From NCBI GenBank assembly GCA_965248195.1, contig CBDFIQ010000002.1:2048001-2112000 (forward strand): 64,000 nt of DNA, in the 5' to 3' direction. Of the stretch, positions 29,629 to 39,419 are shown in pieces (the stretch's first letter is position 1; each line of letters starts with the position of its first letter). The notes below the pieces were generated by a model. That model saw nothing but the letters and a program-made list of their open reading frames with translations, made no database searches and was not told the origin of the DNA. A program made the position numbers and the translations under genes. This DNA is from Longimicrobiales bacterium. GTDB lineage: Bacteria; Gemmatimonadota; Gemmatimonadetes; Longimicrobiales; Gaopeijiaceae.

Positions 29629-30107
29629 CGGACTGTCTCCCAACCCAGGCCACTGATCGCGATCACAACCACCCCGATCAGACCCGCATACGCAGCCGAG
29701 ATCGGGGATTGAATCAGCATCGTATCAACAAAGGATTCTCTCAAACCCTCCCCTACCGCAACCCAATATAGGAGATCCCGTATCCACTTCCCCAACACAA
29801 GATACGAGGTCATAAACAATAAGGAATCACCGACGAAGAGATCCCTGGTCCGCGCGCCGCCCATTCCCACGAGGGTCAAAGCAAACGTATTGGCGCCAAA
29901 CGCCAGTACGGAGAAGGCATCACCGAGAAGTCCCAGGAAGAAGCCGAGGCCGGCACCTCGCCCGATATCCACCTCCCGCGCCGCGATGAGGAGGGCCACT
30001 ACCAAGAGATCTGGTGCGCTCTCACCGAGTCCCAAGCTCAGATGGAGCCCGAAATGGAGTAGGATCAAGAACCCGAAAACACTCCAGATGCGCGTCGGGC
30101 TTCTCAC
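29625..30107 (-). CDS. mreD: Rod shape-determining protein MreD
   Basis: Hydrophobic protein with PDL and GLL-D motifs, located between mreC and mrdA. Confidence 0.88.
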   Translation of the reverse strand: MRSPTRIWSVFGFLILLHFGLHLSLGLGESAPDLLVVALLIAAREVDIGRGAGLGFFLGLLGDAFSVLAFGANTFALTLVGMGGARTRDLFVGDSLLFMTSYLVLGKWIRDLLYWVAVGEGLRESFVDTMLIQSPISAAYAGLIGVVVIAISGLGWETVR

Positions 30108-31030
30108 CGAGGCGTTCTGGCTTCCGTGCGGGAGGTGCCGGGGGCAGGCTCCTCGGGTACGGCTACCGGGGCCGGGAGCAGGGGCCCGCCTTCCAACCAG
30201 GAGTTGGCATCGCGAGACTCCCCTTCTTCAGACACCAGCACATTCACGTGTGTGGCTTCCCCAGGCGACACGAATGGCCGCAACCAGTAAGATCTCTGCC
30301 ATCCCTCCTGGGAGCCCGATTCTTCGATCACCTCGCCGATCGGAATCCCGCGGGGATAGACACCCCCCAAGCCACTCGTGACCAGGGCCAGCCCCGGCTC
30401 CAATGCCTGGCGGAAGGGAACCCCGTTCAGGAGCAGCCGATCTTCCTCACGAAAACGCCCAGGAGCCGCCCGAACCATTCCATAAACGGAGCCGTCCACG
30501 GTCATCGCGCTGGCTCGGAACTGAGGGTGCGTCCAGTCTATGGCGGTCGCACGGTTGGCCTGAGCGTCCCGCACCACGCCGAGCAAACCCCTCCCCATCA
30601 TTACGGGGGAGTCTCTCGTGACCCCCCGGCGGGTTCCCACGTCGAGCATGAACATGCTCTCCGAACCCGGCGTGCCGGACCGGATGACACTGGCGGCCAC
30701 GTACTGGGCCGGATTCCTGTTCGACAGAAGTAGGAGGCTCCGTAGCGTCGTATTTTCTTCGGACAAGGTGTTGCTGTTCGCAATCACGACCTCGAGCGAG
30801 TCCAACCGCCGCTGAAGGATCTCGGTGTCCTCCCCGTGGACGCTTCTCCGAACAAGACCCTCCTGGATGAGGACGAAGGGGCGAAGCAGGCTGCCACGCA
30901 GAAGCGAGGCGACCTCATCCTGCGAGGCGTCAGGGAGGTAGAGAGTTATCACGGAAAGCACGAAAACGCCGAAGGCAACGAAGGTCCGGGCCCTTCCGGA
31001 TCGGTCGGTATGACTCTTGTAGATGGGCAT
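30104..31030 (-). CDS. mreC: Rod shape-determining protein MreC
   Basis: TM, coiled coil ending EN--LR-LL, and VTSGLGGVYP-GIPIG. Confidence 0.93.
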   Translation of the reverse strand: MPIYKSHTDRSGRARTFVAFGVFVLSVITLYLPDASQDEVASLLRGSLLRPFVLIQEGLVRRSVHGEDTEILQRRLDSLEVVIANSNTLSEENTTLRSLLLLSNRNPAQYVAASVIRSGTPGSESMFMLDVGTRRGVTRDSPVMMGRGLLGVVRDAQANRATAIDWTHPQFRASAMTVDGSVYGMVRAAPGRFREEDRLLLNGVPFRQALEPGLALVTSGLGGVYPRGIPIGEVIEESGSQEGWQRSYWLRPFVSPGEATHVNVLVSEEGESRDANSWLEGGPLLPAPVAVPEEPAPGTSRTEARTPR

Positions 31031-31066
31031 AGTCCCTGGAACCCACTTCCTTTAACGGCCCTGGTC

Positions 31067-32107
31067 CTACGTGGTCAGCACCGTACGATACTTTTGGAGG
31101 TCATCGAGGATTCGGCCGACGCCACGCACCACACAACTGAGGGGCTCCTCGTCCACATGGATCGGCAGGTTCGTCTCGTGTTGCAGGAGCCGATCCATAC
31201 CGCGTATGAGGGCGCCGCCACCCGTCATCACAATGCCGCGATCCACAATGTCACTGGCGAACTCGGGCGGCGTAATCTCCAAAGCGCGCCGTACGGCTTC
31301 GACGACCGCTTGGATCGGTTCCTGGATGCACTCCCGGATTTCCTGCGAATAAACGTGAACCGTCTTGGGAATACCACTCACGAGATCCCGGCCCTTCACG
31401 TCCATTTCCCGCTCCTCCCCCACTTCGAAGGCGGAGCCGATTTGAATTTTTATGGCCTCCGCCGTCGGTTCACCGATCAGGAGGTTGTAGTTCTTGCGGA
31501 GGAAGGTCACGATCGCAGAATCGAACTCGTCGCCACCTACGCGAATGGAGGTATTGGACACGATGCCGGCGAGGGCGATGACCGCGATCTCCGTGGTTCC
31601 CCCGCCAATGTCGATCACCATGTTGCCGGTTGGAGTCTCAACGGGAAGGCCCACGCCAATGGCGGCAGCCATCGGCTCCGCGACCATGAAAACCGCCTTG
31701 GCGCCCGCGGACATCGCGCTGGAGCAGACCGCGCGCCGCTCGAGCTCCGTGATTCCGGACGGCACACCGACCACAACCCGAGGCTTGATGCGGAAGACCC
31801 GCTTGGCCGTTACCTGCTTGAGAAAGTGGCGGAGCATCATCTCGGTTATATCGACGTCCGCGATAACGCCATCCTTGAGCGGCCGCACCGCTTCGATCGC
31901 CTCCGGCGTGCGCCCTAACATCCGTTTGGCCTCGAGGCCGATCGCCATGATCCTGCCCGACCCCTTATCGATGGCGACCACCGAGGGCTCGTTGAGGACG
32001 ATTCCTTCGCCCTTCACGTACACCAGGGTATTGGCCGTCCCAAGATCCACCGCGATGTCGTTCACCGGGATCAGCCGGCGCGCTTCCAACCACTGAGTGA
32101 GGTTCAA
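31067..32107 (-). CDS. mreB: Rod shape-determining protein MreB
   Basis: DLGTANT, EPSVVA, RPLKDGVIAD, EPMAAAIG, DIGGGTTE and TGGGAL. Confidence 0.98.
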   Translation of the reverse strand: MNLTQWLEARRLIPVNDIAVDLGTANTLVYVKGEGIVLNEPSVVAIDKGSGRIMAIGLEAKRMLGRTPEAIEAVRPLKDGVIADVDITEMMLRHFLKQVTAKRVFRIKPRVVVGVPSGITELERRAVCSSAMSAGAKAVFMVAEPMAAAIGVGLPVETPTGNMVIDIGGGTTEIAVIALAGIVSNTSIRVGGDEFDSAIVTFLRKNYNLLIGEPTAEAIKIQIGSAFEVGEEREMDVKGRDLVSGIPKTVHVYSQEIRECIQEPIQAVVEAVRRALEITPPEFASDIVDRGIVMTGGGALIRGMDRLLQHETNLPIHVDEEPLSCVVRGVGRILDDLQKYRTVLTT

Positions 32108-32255
32108 GATCGTCGAAAATCCTTAGGGTTGTCGCTGCCTGCAGACATCATTTCGCCATGATGCAGGTATCATACCGCTATTCCTCAAGATGCTCAGAAG
32201 AGATTTTACGTCAAGTAATTGTCAAACGGTCAGTTGCGCGGTTCGCGCCATATGT

Positions 32256-32702
32256 TCACTCGATTCCCGTACTCCCGAAGCCATCCTCGCTCCGAGCCGT
32301 GGCACCCAACTCCGTCGTCTCGATCACCTCGGGCGTAGAAAAGCGTTGGAAAACCAACTGGGCGATCCGATCGCCCCGCGTGAAGGTGACAGGCGCAGTG
32401 CCGCTATTCTGAAGAATGATTCGGAGTTCGCCACGGTAGTCCGGATCGATGGTCCCGGGACTGTTCGGGAGTGTGACACCATGGCGTAGAGCGAGCCCGG
32501 AGCGAGGCCGCACCTGACACTCCATTCCCTCGGGGAGTTCCATCTCGAGACCGGTCGAGACCAGCCGAATTTCCTGCGGAGCGAGGACGAAATTTTCCTC
32601 CGCCAACCGGACATCGTATCCGGCCGCATGGGGTGTGGCTCGGGAGGGGAGCGGCAGATCCGGGTTTTCGGGAAGCCGCCTGAAACGGACGACATCGCTC
32701 AC
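32256..32702 (-). CDS. dut: dUTP diphosphatase
   Basis: AGYD, RPRSGLA, GTIDPDYRGE, RIAQLV and R---GFGSTG. Confidence 0.97.
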   Translation of the reverse strand: MSDVVRFRRLPENPDLPLPSRATPHAAGYDVRLAEENFVLAPQEIRLVSTGLEMELPEGMECQVRPRSGLALRHGVTLPNSPGTIDPDYRGELRIILQNSGTAPVTFTRGDRIAQLVFQRFSTPEVIETTELGATARSEDGFGSTGIE

Positions 32703-33937
32703 GCAGGTCCCAAGGTCAGGATGAATTGGTCCTCAGGGTTGTAAAATCGTCGACAGGCGGCGCTCACTTCGTCCAGGGTCACGGCGTCGATCCGGGCGAG
32801 AGACTCGTCCAGGTCCCGATAGGGCTCGCCGCGTAGCGTAAAGCCCACCAGACGAAGCAACCTCGCCCCCGTCGACTCCATCGCCAGGATCGAGCGGCCC
32901 TTCGCGTGGCTCTTGGCCTGTTCGAGCTCACCACTTGTAATCCCGTGCTCGCACAATTTGGCATACTCACCCAGAATCCCCTCCAACGCCTCATCGGACG
33001 CCTCCGGCCGGGTTCCCACATACACACCGGCCATTCCGGCTTTGCTGTAGAAGGACTGGAACGAATAAACGGCGTAAGCCAAAGCCAACTCCTCACGAAT
33101 CCGTTGGAACAGCCGGGAACTCATGCCTCCGCCGAAGGCTCCGGAAATCAATATGAGTGCGTTTCGGATCGGATCGACAAAGGACGGCGTTGAATTACCG
33201 ATCACGAGGTGAGCCTGAGCGGCATCTCTTACAACCGAACTTCGGCCCGACAAGGTTCCTACCGGCTCCGCGATCCCCGGTGACGCACTACCCGGATCGA
33301 CTTTCCCAAACAGCTCGGTCACCCGGTTCAGCACCTCATCATGCTCGATGTTCCCGACGCACCCCAGGACGATGTTTCGCCCCCGGTACCGCTCGGCGTG
33401 GAGTGAGCGAAGGTCGTCGATCTGGAACGCTCGCACGGTTTCGCGGGTGCCGAGTATCGGTCGTCCATAGGTATGGCCGTTCCAGAACTCTGCACCATGG
33501 AGATCAAAGATCAGGTCGTCGGGCGTGTCGTCGACTCCCGCGATCTCCTCGATCACAACGTCTTTTTCCAGCTCCAGGTCGGCGGGGTCCAAGCGCGGAT
33601 GGAGAACCAGGTCCGCGAGTACATCGAGCGCCACCGGCAAATGCTCGTCGAGCACATGGGCTTGATAGCTCGTGTGCTCGCGGGTGGTGTACGCGTCGAG
33701 GCTGCCCCCGAGCGACTCCAGGGAGAGCGCGATTTCATGGGCGGTCCGACGCTCGGTACCCTTGAACACGAGGTGCTCCATCAGATGGCTCACACCAGCC
33801 GACTCGGGCGATTCATGAGCGGAACCCTGGTCGATCCAAACACCCGCCGCGGCCGATCGCACGTCGGGCCGTCGCTCGGTTACGACGCGTATGCCATTCT
33901 CGAGCAGCTCTTCGCGCATTTCGGCCCCATCACTCAT
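32699..33937 (-). CDS. M16 family (pitrilysin-like) zinc peptidase
   Basis: HLMEH (HxxEH), FKGT and GGGMSSRLFQ-IRE; typical position downstream of pnp. Confidence 0.93.
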   Translation of the reverse strand: MSDGAEMREELLENGIRVVTERRPDVRSAAAGVWIDQGSAHESPESAGVSHLMEHLVFKGTERRTAHEIALSLESLGGSLDAYTTREHTSYQAHVLDEHLPVALDVLADLVLHPRLDPADLELEKDVVIEEIAGVDDTPDDLIFDLHGAEFWNGHTYGRPILGTRETVRAFQIDDLRSLHAERYRGRNIVLGCVGNIEHDEVLNRVTELFGKVDPGSASPGIAEPVGTLSGRSSVVRDAAQAHLVIGNSTPSFVDPIRNALILISGAFGGGMSSRLFQRIREELALAYAVYSFQSFYSKAGMAGVYVGTRPEASDEALEGILGEYAKLCEHGITSGELEQAKSHAKGRSILAMESTGARLLRLVGFTLRGEPYRDLDESLARIDAVTLDEVSAACRRFYNPEDQFILTLGPA

Positions 33938-33946
33938 GAAAACGTA

Positions 33947-33975
33947 GGGGGTACGGACTCGTCACCCGCACCCCC
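33947..33975 (-). terminator. Hairpin between pnp and the M16 peptidase gene (possible weak terminator or processing site)
   Basis: 10-bp stem GGGGGTGCGG/CCGTACCCCC; only a weak downstream U-tract (TACGTTTT). Confidence 0.4.
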
Positions 33976-34002
33976 AAGAAAAACCTTCGGTCCGGCGCGA
34001 GT

Positions 34003-36159
34003 TTAGCCCTGAGCCTCCTCGGACCTATCCTCGTCAGAACCCACGTCGCCGTCGCCGCCACTCGCGGCGTCTTCTGCCAGCGCGGCCTTACGGGAGAGAC
34101 GGAGGCGGCCTTTCTCATCGATGGAGAGAAGCTTCACGCGGGTGATGTCTCCCCTGTTCAGTACGTCCTCGGTCTTCTCCACTCGGCCCTCCGCGAGCTC
34201 GGAGATGTGGCACAGCCCCTCTACACCCGGGACGATCTCGATGAAGGCTCCGAAAGACGTCGTGTTCTTGACCGGGCCCTCATAGATCCGTCCGACCTCG
34301 GGCTCCTGTACGATCGCCTCGATCATCTCACGTGCGCGCGCTCCAGCCTCACCGGAGACCGCAGCGATCTTCACCAAACCGCTGTCATCGATGTCGATCT
34401 TCGCCCCGGACTCCTCCTGAATGGCCCTAATCGTCTTTCCTTTGGGACCGATGATGTCACCGATCTTCGAGGGATTAATCTGGATGCTCACGATCCGGGG
34501 GGCGTACTGCGAAAGGTCGCTCCTCGGCTCCGCGAGTACCTGATCCATGTGGTCGAGGATGTGCATCCGGCCCTGATGCGCGCGCTCGAGCGCGGTCTTC
34601 AGGATTTCGTGCGTCAGCCCCTCGATCTTGATGTCCATCTGGATCGACGTCACGCCCTCCCGCGTCCCGGCAATTTTGAAGTCCATGTCGCCCAGTGCGT
34701 CCTCGAGGCCGAGGATGTCGGTCAGGACCGCGACCTCGTCCCCCTCCTTGACCAGCCCCATCGCGATCCCCGCGCAGGCCGACTTCACCGGTACACCGGC
34801 GTCCATGAGGGCAAGCGACGCCCCACACACGGAAGCCATCGACGATGATCCGTTCGACTCCAGGATGTCGGAGACGATCCGAATCGTATATGGGAAGTCG
34901 TCGTAGGCCGGAAGAAGCGGACGGATGGCTCGCTCGGCTAACGCCCCGTGCCCCTGCTCACGCCGCGACGTGCCCCGGTAGGGGCGCGCCTCACCCACCG
35001 AGAACGGCGGAAAGTTGTAGTGGAGCATGAACGATTTGGTGACCTCTTCGGCACTGTCGATCGTGTCAATCCGTTGCTCGTCGCGAGACGTGCCGAGCGT
35101 CGTGGCCACCAACGCCTGCGTCTGGCCACGCGTGAAGAGCGCCGAGCCATGCGTCCGAGGTAGCACGCCGACTTCCGACGTGATGGGCCGAACCTCCTCG
35201 AGGCCACGACCGTCGGCCCGCTCGCCTTGATCGAGAATACGCCGCCGCATGGAACGCTTCTCGATCGTGCGTAGGATCTCTTTGACCGACTTCTCGTGAT
35301 CGCCGTACGCCTCGTCTTCTTCGGTCAAGCGGCTGATCACGTCCTCGGCTACGGCGGCCATCGCCTGGTTCCGTTCGGCCTTGTCCGAGAGGGTCAACGC
35401 CTCATCGATCCGGCTCTCGGCCATCTCGGTCACCTTGGCGGCGAGGTCCTGGTCCGGCTCGATCGGCGACCAATCCATGTCGGGCACGGTATGCCCGTCC
35501 AGCAGTTCACGCTGGATGGAGATGAGCTCCTTGATGCCTTGATGCGCCGTTTCCAGCCCCTCGAGGATGTCCGCCTCTTGAACCTCGACGGCACCGCCTT
35601 CCACCATCAGAAGGGCGTCTTCGGTGCCCGCAACCAGAATGTCGAGATCGGAGTACTCGAGCTGCTGGAATGTCGGATTGATGACCCACGTACCCTTGAT
35701 GCGTCCGATACGCACGGTCGCCACCAACGTGTTGAACGGGATTTTCGACATGTTCAACGCAACCGAAGCGCCGAGCATGGCCAGCACGTCAGCGGCATTT
35801 TCTTGATCGGTACTGAGCACGAAGCAGGCGACCTGCGTCTCGTTTTGGAATCCCTTCGGAAACAGCGGCCGGATCGGGCGATCCGTCAGGCGCGCCGACA
35901 GGATGGCGTTCTCGCTCGGCCGCCCCTCCCGCTTGAAAAAGCCACCGGGAATCTTCCCGGCCGCATAACTCTTTTCCTGGAATTCGATGGTAAGGGGGAA
36001 AAACGGTAAGTGGCTCGGGTGGTCCTGTACCGTAGCGGCACAGAGCACAACCGTATCACCATACTGGACCAGGCAAGACCCTTGGGCGAGCCTGGCCATG
36101 CGCCCGAACTCGAGGCTCAACGTGCGCCCCGCGAACTGGCGTTCGATTCTCTGAATCAT
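34003..36159 (-). CDS. pnp: Polyribonucleotide nucleotidyltransferase
   Basis: GKIPGGFFKREGRP, FTRGQTQ, SNGSSSMAS and DMDFK; KH and S1 domains. Confidence 0.98.
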   Translation of the reverse strand: MIQRIERQFAGRTLSLEFGRMARLAQGSCLVQYGDTVVLCAATVQDHPSHLPFFPLTIEFQEKSYAAGKIPGGFFKREGRPSENAILSARLTDRPIRPLFPKGFQNETQVACFVLSTDQENAADVLAMLGASVALNMSKIPFNTLVATVRIGRIKGTWVINPTFQQLEYSDLDILVAGTEDALLMVEGGAVEVQEADILEGLETAHQGIKELISIQRELLDGHTVPDMDWSPIEPDQDLAAKVTEMAESRIDEALTLSDKAERNQAMAAVAEDVISRLTEEDEAYGDHEKSVKEILRTIEKRSMRRRILDQGERADGRGLEEVRPITSEVGVLPRTHGSALFTRGQTQALVATTLGTSRDEQRIDTIDSAEEVTKSFMLHYNFPPFSVGEARPYRGTSRREQGHGALAERAIRPLLPAYDDFPYTIRIVSDILESNGSSSMASVCGASLALMDAGVPVKSACAGIAMGLVKEGDEVAVLTDILGLEDALGDMDFKIAGTREGVTSIQMDIKIEGLTHEILKTALERAHQGRMHILDHMDQVLAEPRSDLSQYAPRIVSIQINPSKIGDIIGPKGKTIRAIQEESGAKIDIDDSGLVKIAAVSGEAGARAREMIEAIVQEPEVGRIYEGPVKNTTSFGAFIEIVPGVEGLCHISELAEGRVEKTEDVLNRGDITRVKLLSIDEKGRLRLSRKAALAEDAASGGDGDVGSDEDRSEEAQG

Positions 36160-36418
36160 ATTCTCTTTTCTCTGCTGTCAGGCGGACGGGACCACCCCGT
36201 CACGCACGAAATGATCCGGTCGGGGACTTCCCGACCGGTTTTCACAGCAGGGGTCCGAAGAGAGATCGACCGCCGCAACGGGGGGCACGGCGTGCCCGGC
36301 CGGATGCAGCCATTTGGTTGGGCCGATTCTCCTGGCTCCTGCTGTCAAGATTGCGAGCGGCGGCCCATCTAGTAGGCGCCACTCCATGTCGGACACCCAT
36401 CAGTGCTCCGATAGGGCA

Positions 36419-36679
36419 CTAATGACGAAGTCCCAGATCCGCGAGAATGTCACGGTATCGTTCGACGTCCGTTCGCTTCATGTATTCCAGAAGACGTCGA
36501 CGGCGGCCAACCATTTTGAGAAGGCCGCGGCGGCTGTGGTGATCCTTCTTGTGCGCGTCGAAGTGCGACCGAAGGTCGTTGATACGCGCTGTGAGGATCG
36601 CAACCTGGACGGGAGCGCTCCCGACGTCTCCGTCGTGGAGCTGGTGCTTCTTGATAATTTCTTCTCGACTGATCGTCAC
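36419..36679 (-). CDS. rpsO: 30S ribosomal protein S15
   Basis: [38 protein letters not shown] start at 36679 with GGAGG RBS. Confidence 0.96.
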   Translation of the reverse strand: MTISREEIIKKHQLHDGDVGSAPVQVAILTARINDLRSHFDAHKKDHHSRRGLLKMVGRRRRLLEYMKRTDVERYRDILADLGLRH

Positions 36680-36747
36680 TTGTTCTTTGCCTCCACAGGA
36701 GTCTGCGCTACAAGGGAAGCTCACAATGCTTCATATGAACAGCCCCT

Positions 36748-36776
36748 AAGCTAGCCTCAGACCCGTGCGGCAACAA
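36748..36776 (-). promoter_or_regulatory. Putative sigma70-type promoter of rpsO
   Basis: TTGTTG-17 nt-TAGCTT on the minus strand. Confidence 0.45.
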
Positions 36777-36790
36777 CGGCTGATTACGGC

Positions 36791-37744
36791 CTATCCGTCA
36801 CCGAGTGCATCACGCGCCCGTTCTACATCCTCTTTCATCTGTTCTACCAGAGCTTGGCTCGTCTCGAACGGCCGGATCTCCCTCAGGTACTTCACGAAGT
36901 CGACCCGGACCTCTTCCCCGTAAATGTCTTCCTCGAAACCCAGGAGGTGCAGCTCAATGGTCGGTGGAGACCCTCGGAACGTCGGGCGGGGCCCCAGATG
37001 AAGCGCGCCGTCGAACGTGCCCGAGCGGACCGTCCCACGCACGGCATAGATTCCGGGCGAGGGGATGAGCTTACCCCCTCCGCCCCCACCCCGGACTTCG
37101 AGATTCGCCGTAGGGAAGCCAAGCGTCCGGCCCCGTTGGTCGCCACGTACTACCAGCCCGCTAAGGGAATAGGGGCGGCCCAAACCCCTCCGTGCGGTCT
37201 CCACGTCTCCCTCCAGGAGGGCATCACGGATCTTCGTGGAGGAGATGGCCTCGCCTTGGGAGCTGACTGGGCCGACCACGTCGACGGCAAACCCGAGCTC
37301 GCGTCCGAAGATCTTGAGCATATCGACGTTACCTTCGCGCCCTTTTCCAAAGCGGTGGTCGTACCCCACGACCAATTCACCAACGTTCACGCGGTCGACC
37401 AGAATCTCCTCGACGAATCGGCGAGGGCTGTACGCTGCCAGCATGGGTGTAAAGGTGAGGAAGACGGCATAGTCGAGACCGGATTCCGCCAGAATTTCTT
37501 TCTTTTCCACGGGAGTGGTCAGCATCGGCGGGGCCGACTCCGGACGAACGATCGTGAGGGGATGAGGGTGGAACGTCACCAAGACGCTCCTGCCGCCCAC
37601 CGCCTCGGCCCTGCGCCGAATTTCTGATAAGACCTCCCAGTGGCCTCGATGCACGCCATCGAACGTCCCGATGGTGACCACCGCCTTTCGGCCGTCCTTG
37701 GGGAGACCGGGCGGGAGCGTCGGGTCGATCGCGTAAACCTTCAT
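36791..37744 (-). CDS. ribF: Bifunctional riboflavin kinase/FAD synthetase
   Basis: IGTFDGVHRGH, TFHPHP, ISSTKIR, GRTLGFPTAN, G-RPTF and E-HLL. Confidence 0.96.
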   Translation of the reverse strand: MKVYAIDPTLPPGLPKDGRKAVVTIGTFDGVHRGHWEVLSEIRRRAEAVGGRSVLVTFHPHPLTIVRPESAPPMLTTPVEKKEILAESGLDYAVFLTFTPMLAAYSPRRFVEEILVDRVNVGELVVGYDHRFGKGREGNVDMLKIFGRELGFAVDVVGPVSSQGEAISSTKIRDALLEGDVETARRGLGRPYSLSGLVVRGDQRGRTLGFPTANLEVRGGGGGGKLIPSPGIYAVRGTVRSGTFDGALHLGPRPTFRGSPPTIELHLLGFEEDIYGEEVRVDFVKYLREIRPFETSQALVEQMKEDVERARDALGDG

Positions 37745-38661
37745 CGGTGCGAAGCCACCGTGAGCATCTTCTTCGGCGCGAGGCGCCCGTTCCGGATCTC
37801 GGCGATCCCCACCAGACCGCCCTCATCCATCACGGCGATGGGCTCTCCGGTCCCCGGCTCGGCCTCTTCGGACCATGGGATCGCTCCTCCCTGGCGAAGG
37901 CGCAGCGCGGCGTCCGCTTCCACACGAACCGTCGTCAAGTGACCCACCGCGGCCGCCGCCTCGACCCAATGGGCCGGATCCGGGCACAGGCCCTCTCGGA
38001 GGACATCACCGGGCACCGCGTGGTCCACCGAGAACGCCCCAACGTCCGTTCGGCGAAGCCCCGTGAGATGGGCGCCAACCCCGAGCCGATCCCCGAGATC
38101 TCTCGCGATCGCTCGGACATAAGTGCCACTCGAACAGGTCAAAGTGAAACCGATCTCAGGGGGTACGTAGTCGGTCAACCGAATCCCGAAAATTTCCACG
38201 TCGACAGGCGGGAGATGAACGGTATCGCCTCGACGAGCCCTCTTGTACATCCTTTCGCCCTCCACCTTCTTAGCCGAAAATTGCGGCGGGATCTGTCGGC
38301 CGAGTCCCTCGAAGGTGGCCAACTCCGCTTCAATCTGCTCTTGGGTCGGCACCACTCCGGGGTCCTGAACGCTCACAGTCCTCCCTTCCGCGTCGTGCGT
38401 GTCCGTGCGGATTCCGAGGCGCGCTCGAGCCTCATAACTCTTGGGAAGCGCCGACAGGTACTCTGCCAGCCTCGTCACGGGGCCGACCAGCAAAATCAAG
38501 AGTCCAGAAGCGAAGGGATCCAGCGTCCCCGTGTGACCGATTCTCCGTACGCCCAGAGATCTCCGTGCCCATTTCACAACGTCGTGCGAAGTGGGTCCCT
38601 CGGGCTTGTCGACCAGAAGGGCTCCGCCCCCCTCGGGCACGTACCCCCCCTCAACCGTCAC
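37741..38661 (-). CDS. truB: tRNA pseudouridine(55) synthase
   Basis: DKP-G-TSHDVV, GHTGTLDPFASG, PPQFSAKK and CSSGTYVR; start set at GTG 38661. Confidence 0.95.
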   Translation of the reverse strand: MTVEGGYVPEGGGALLVDKPEGPTSHDVVKWARRSLGVRRIGHTGTLDPFASGLLILLVGPVTRLAEYLSALPKSYEARARLGIRTDTHDAEGRTVSVQDPGVVPTQEQIEAELATFEGLGRQIPPQFSAKKVEGERMYKRARRGDTVHLPPVDVEIFGIRLTDYVPPEIGFTLTCSSGTYVRAIARDLGDRLGVGAHLTGLRRTDVGAFSVDHAVPGDVLREGLCPDPAHWVEAAAAVGHLTTVRVEADAALRLRQGGAIPWSEEAEPGTGEPIAVMDEGGLVGIAEIRNGRLAPKKMLTVASHR

Positions 38662-39076
38662 CCGGCCCCTCCGTAACGCGCTCCGTGGGGTCCTTGGTAT
38701 CGCCGGCCCCATCATCTTCCTCGCTTCGGCCCCCCTCGAGTCCCTTGAGAATCTCCTCGATGCGGTCGGCATTGGCGAGCGTCTTGTCCTCCAAGAAACG
38801 CAATTCCGGGATCCGGCGTATGTGCAGCACGGCCGCGAGTTCGCGCCGAATGAAATTCGCTGCGGCTTCGAGGCCCTGAAGGGCCTCACGGCCCTCTTGC
38901 TCCTCACCCCCGAGACGCACATAAACCCGGGCCAGCCAGAGGTCCGACGTAACTTCGACCGAGTTCACGAACACATCCTGGACCCGAGGATCACGAACCG
39001 CCCGGCGTAGTATCGCTGTAATTTCCCGACGGAACTGTTCGTTCAGCCGGGCGAGTCGTCGGTTCGGTTTGTCCAT
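38651..39076 (-). CDS. rbfA: 30S ribosome-binding factor A
   Basis: DPR, V-VT-DL--A-VYV and RRIPELRF--D. Confidence 0.93.
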   Translation of the reverse strand: MDKPNRRLARLNEQFRREITAILRRAVRDPRVQDVFVNSVEVTSDLWLARVYVRLGGEEQEGREALQGLEAAANFIRRELAAVLHIRRIPELRFLEDKTLANADRIEEILKGLEGGRSEEDDGAGDTKDPTERVTEGPGDG

Positions 39077-39384
39077 CACGCGATCGCAGGCATGAGTGAA
39101 TCAGTAACGCGCTTTACGTGCGCGGAGAGAATCACCACCCGGTGCTCACCCTCAATAAAATGATCCAGCTTGTCGAGCACGGAGTCGGCGAAGGCGCCGT
39201 CCGTGGTTACGAGCACGACTGAAAGCTGGGCACGGGTCCAGGTGTCTTGGTAGGCCGTTTCGGCGACGGAGACGTTGAATCGTGCCCGGATTCGATCCTT
39301 CAACGACTTGACGACCCTCCGCTTGTCTTTGAGGGATCTACACTCCGGAAGCGAGAGATCCCAGGAGCACCCTGAAACGAGCAC
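39076..39384 (-). CDS. DUF503 family protein (YlxP-like)
   Basis: SLKDKRRVVKSLKDRI--RFNVSVAE---QD-W; located between infB and rbfA. Confidence 0.9.
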   Translation of the reverse strand: MLVSGCSWDLSLPECRSLKDKRRVVKSLKDRIRARFNVSVAETAYQDTWTRAQLSVVLVTTDGAFADSVLDKLDHFIEGEHRVVILSAHVKRVTDSLMPAIA

Positions 39385-39419
39385 GCCGTCTCTCTCCTCC
39401 GCGGTTTCTCTCGGTGGGA

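Noticed and set aside
36178..36396. 72-aa ORF between rpsO and pnp
   Set aside because: No recognisable motif or RBS; the region is better explained as a structured RNA leader.
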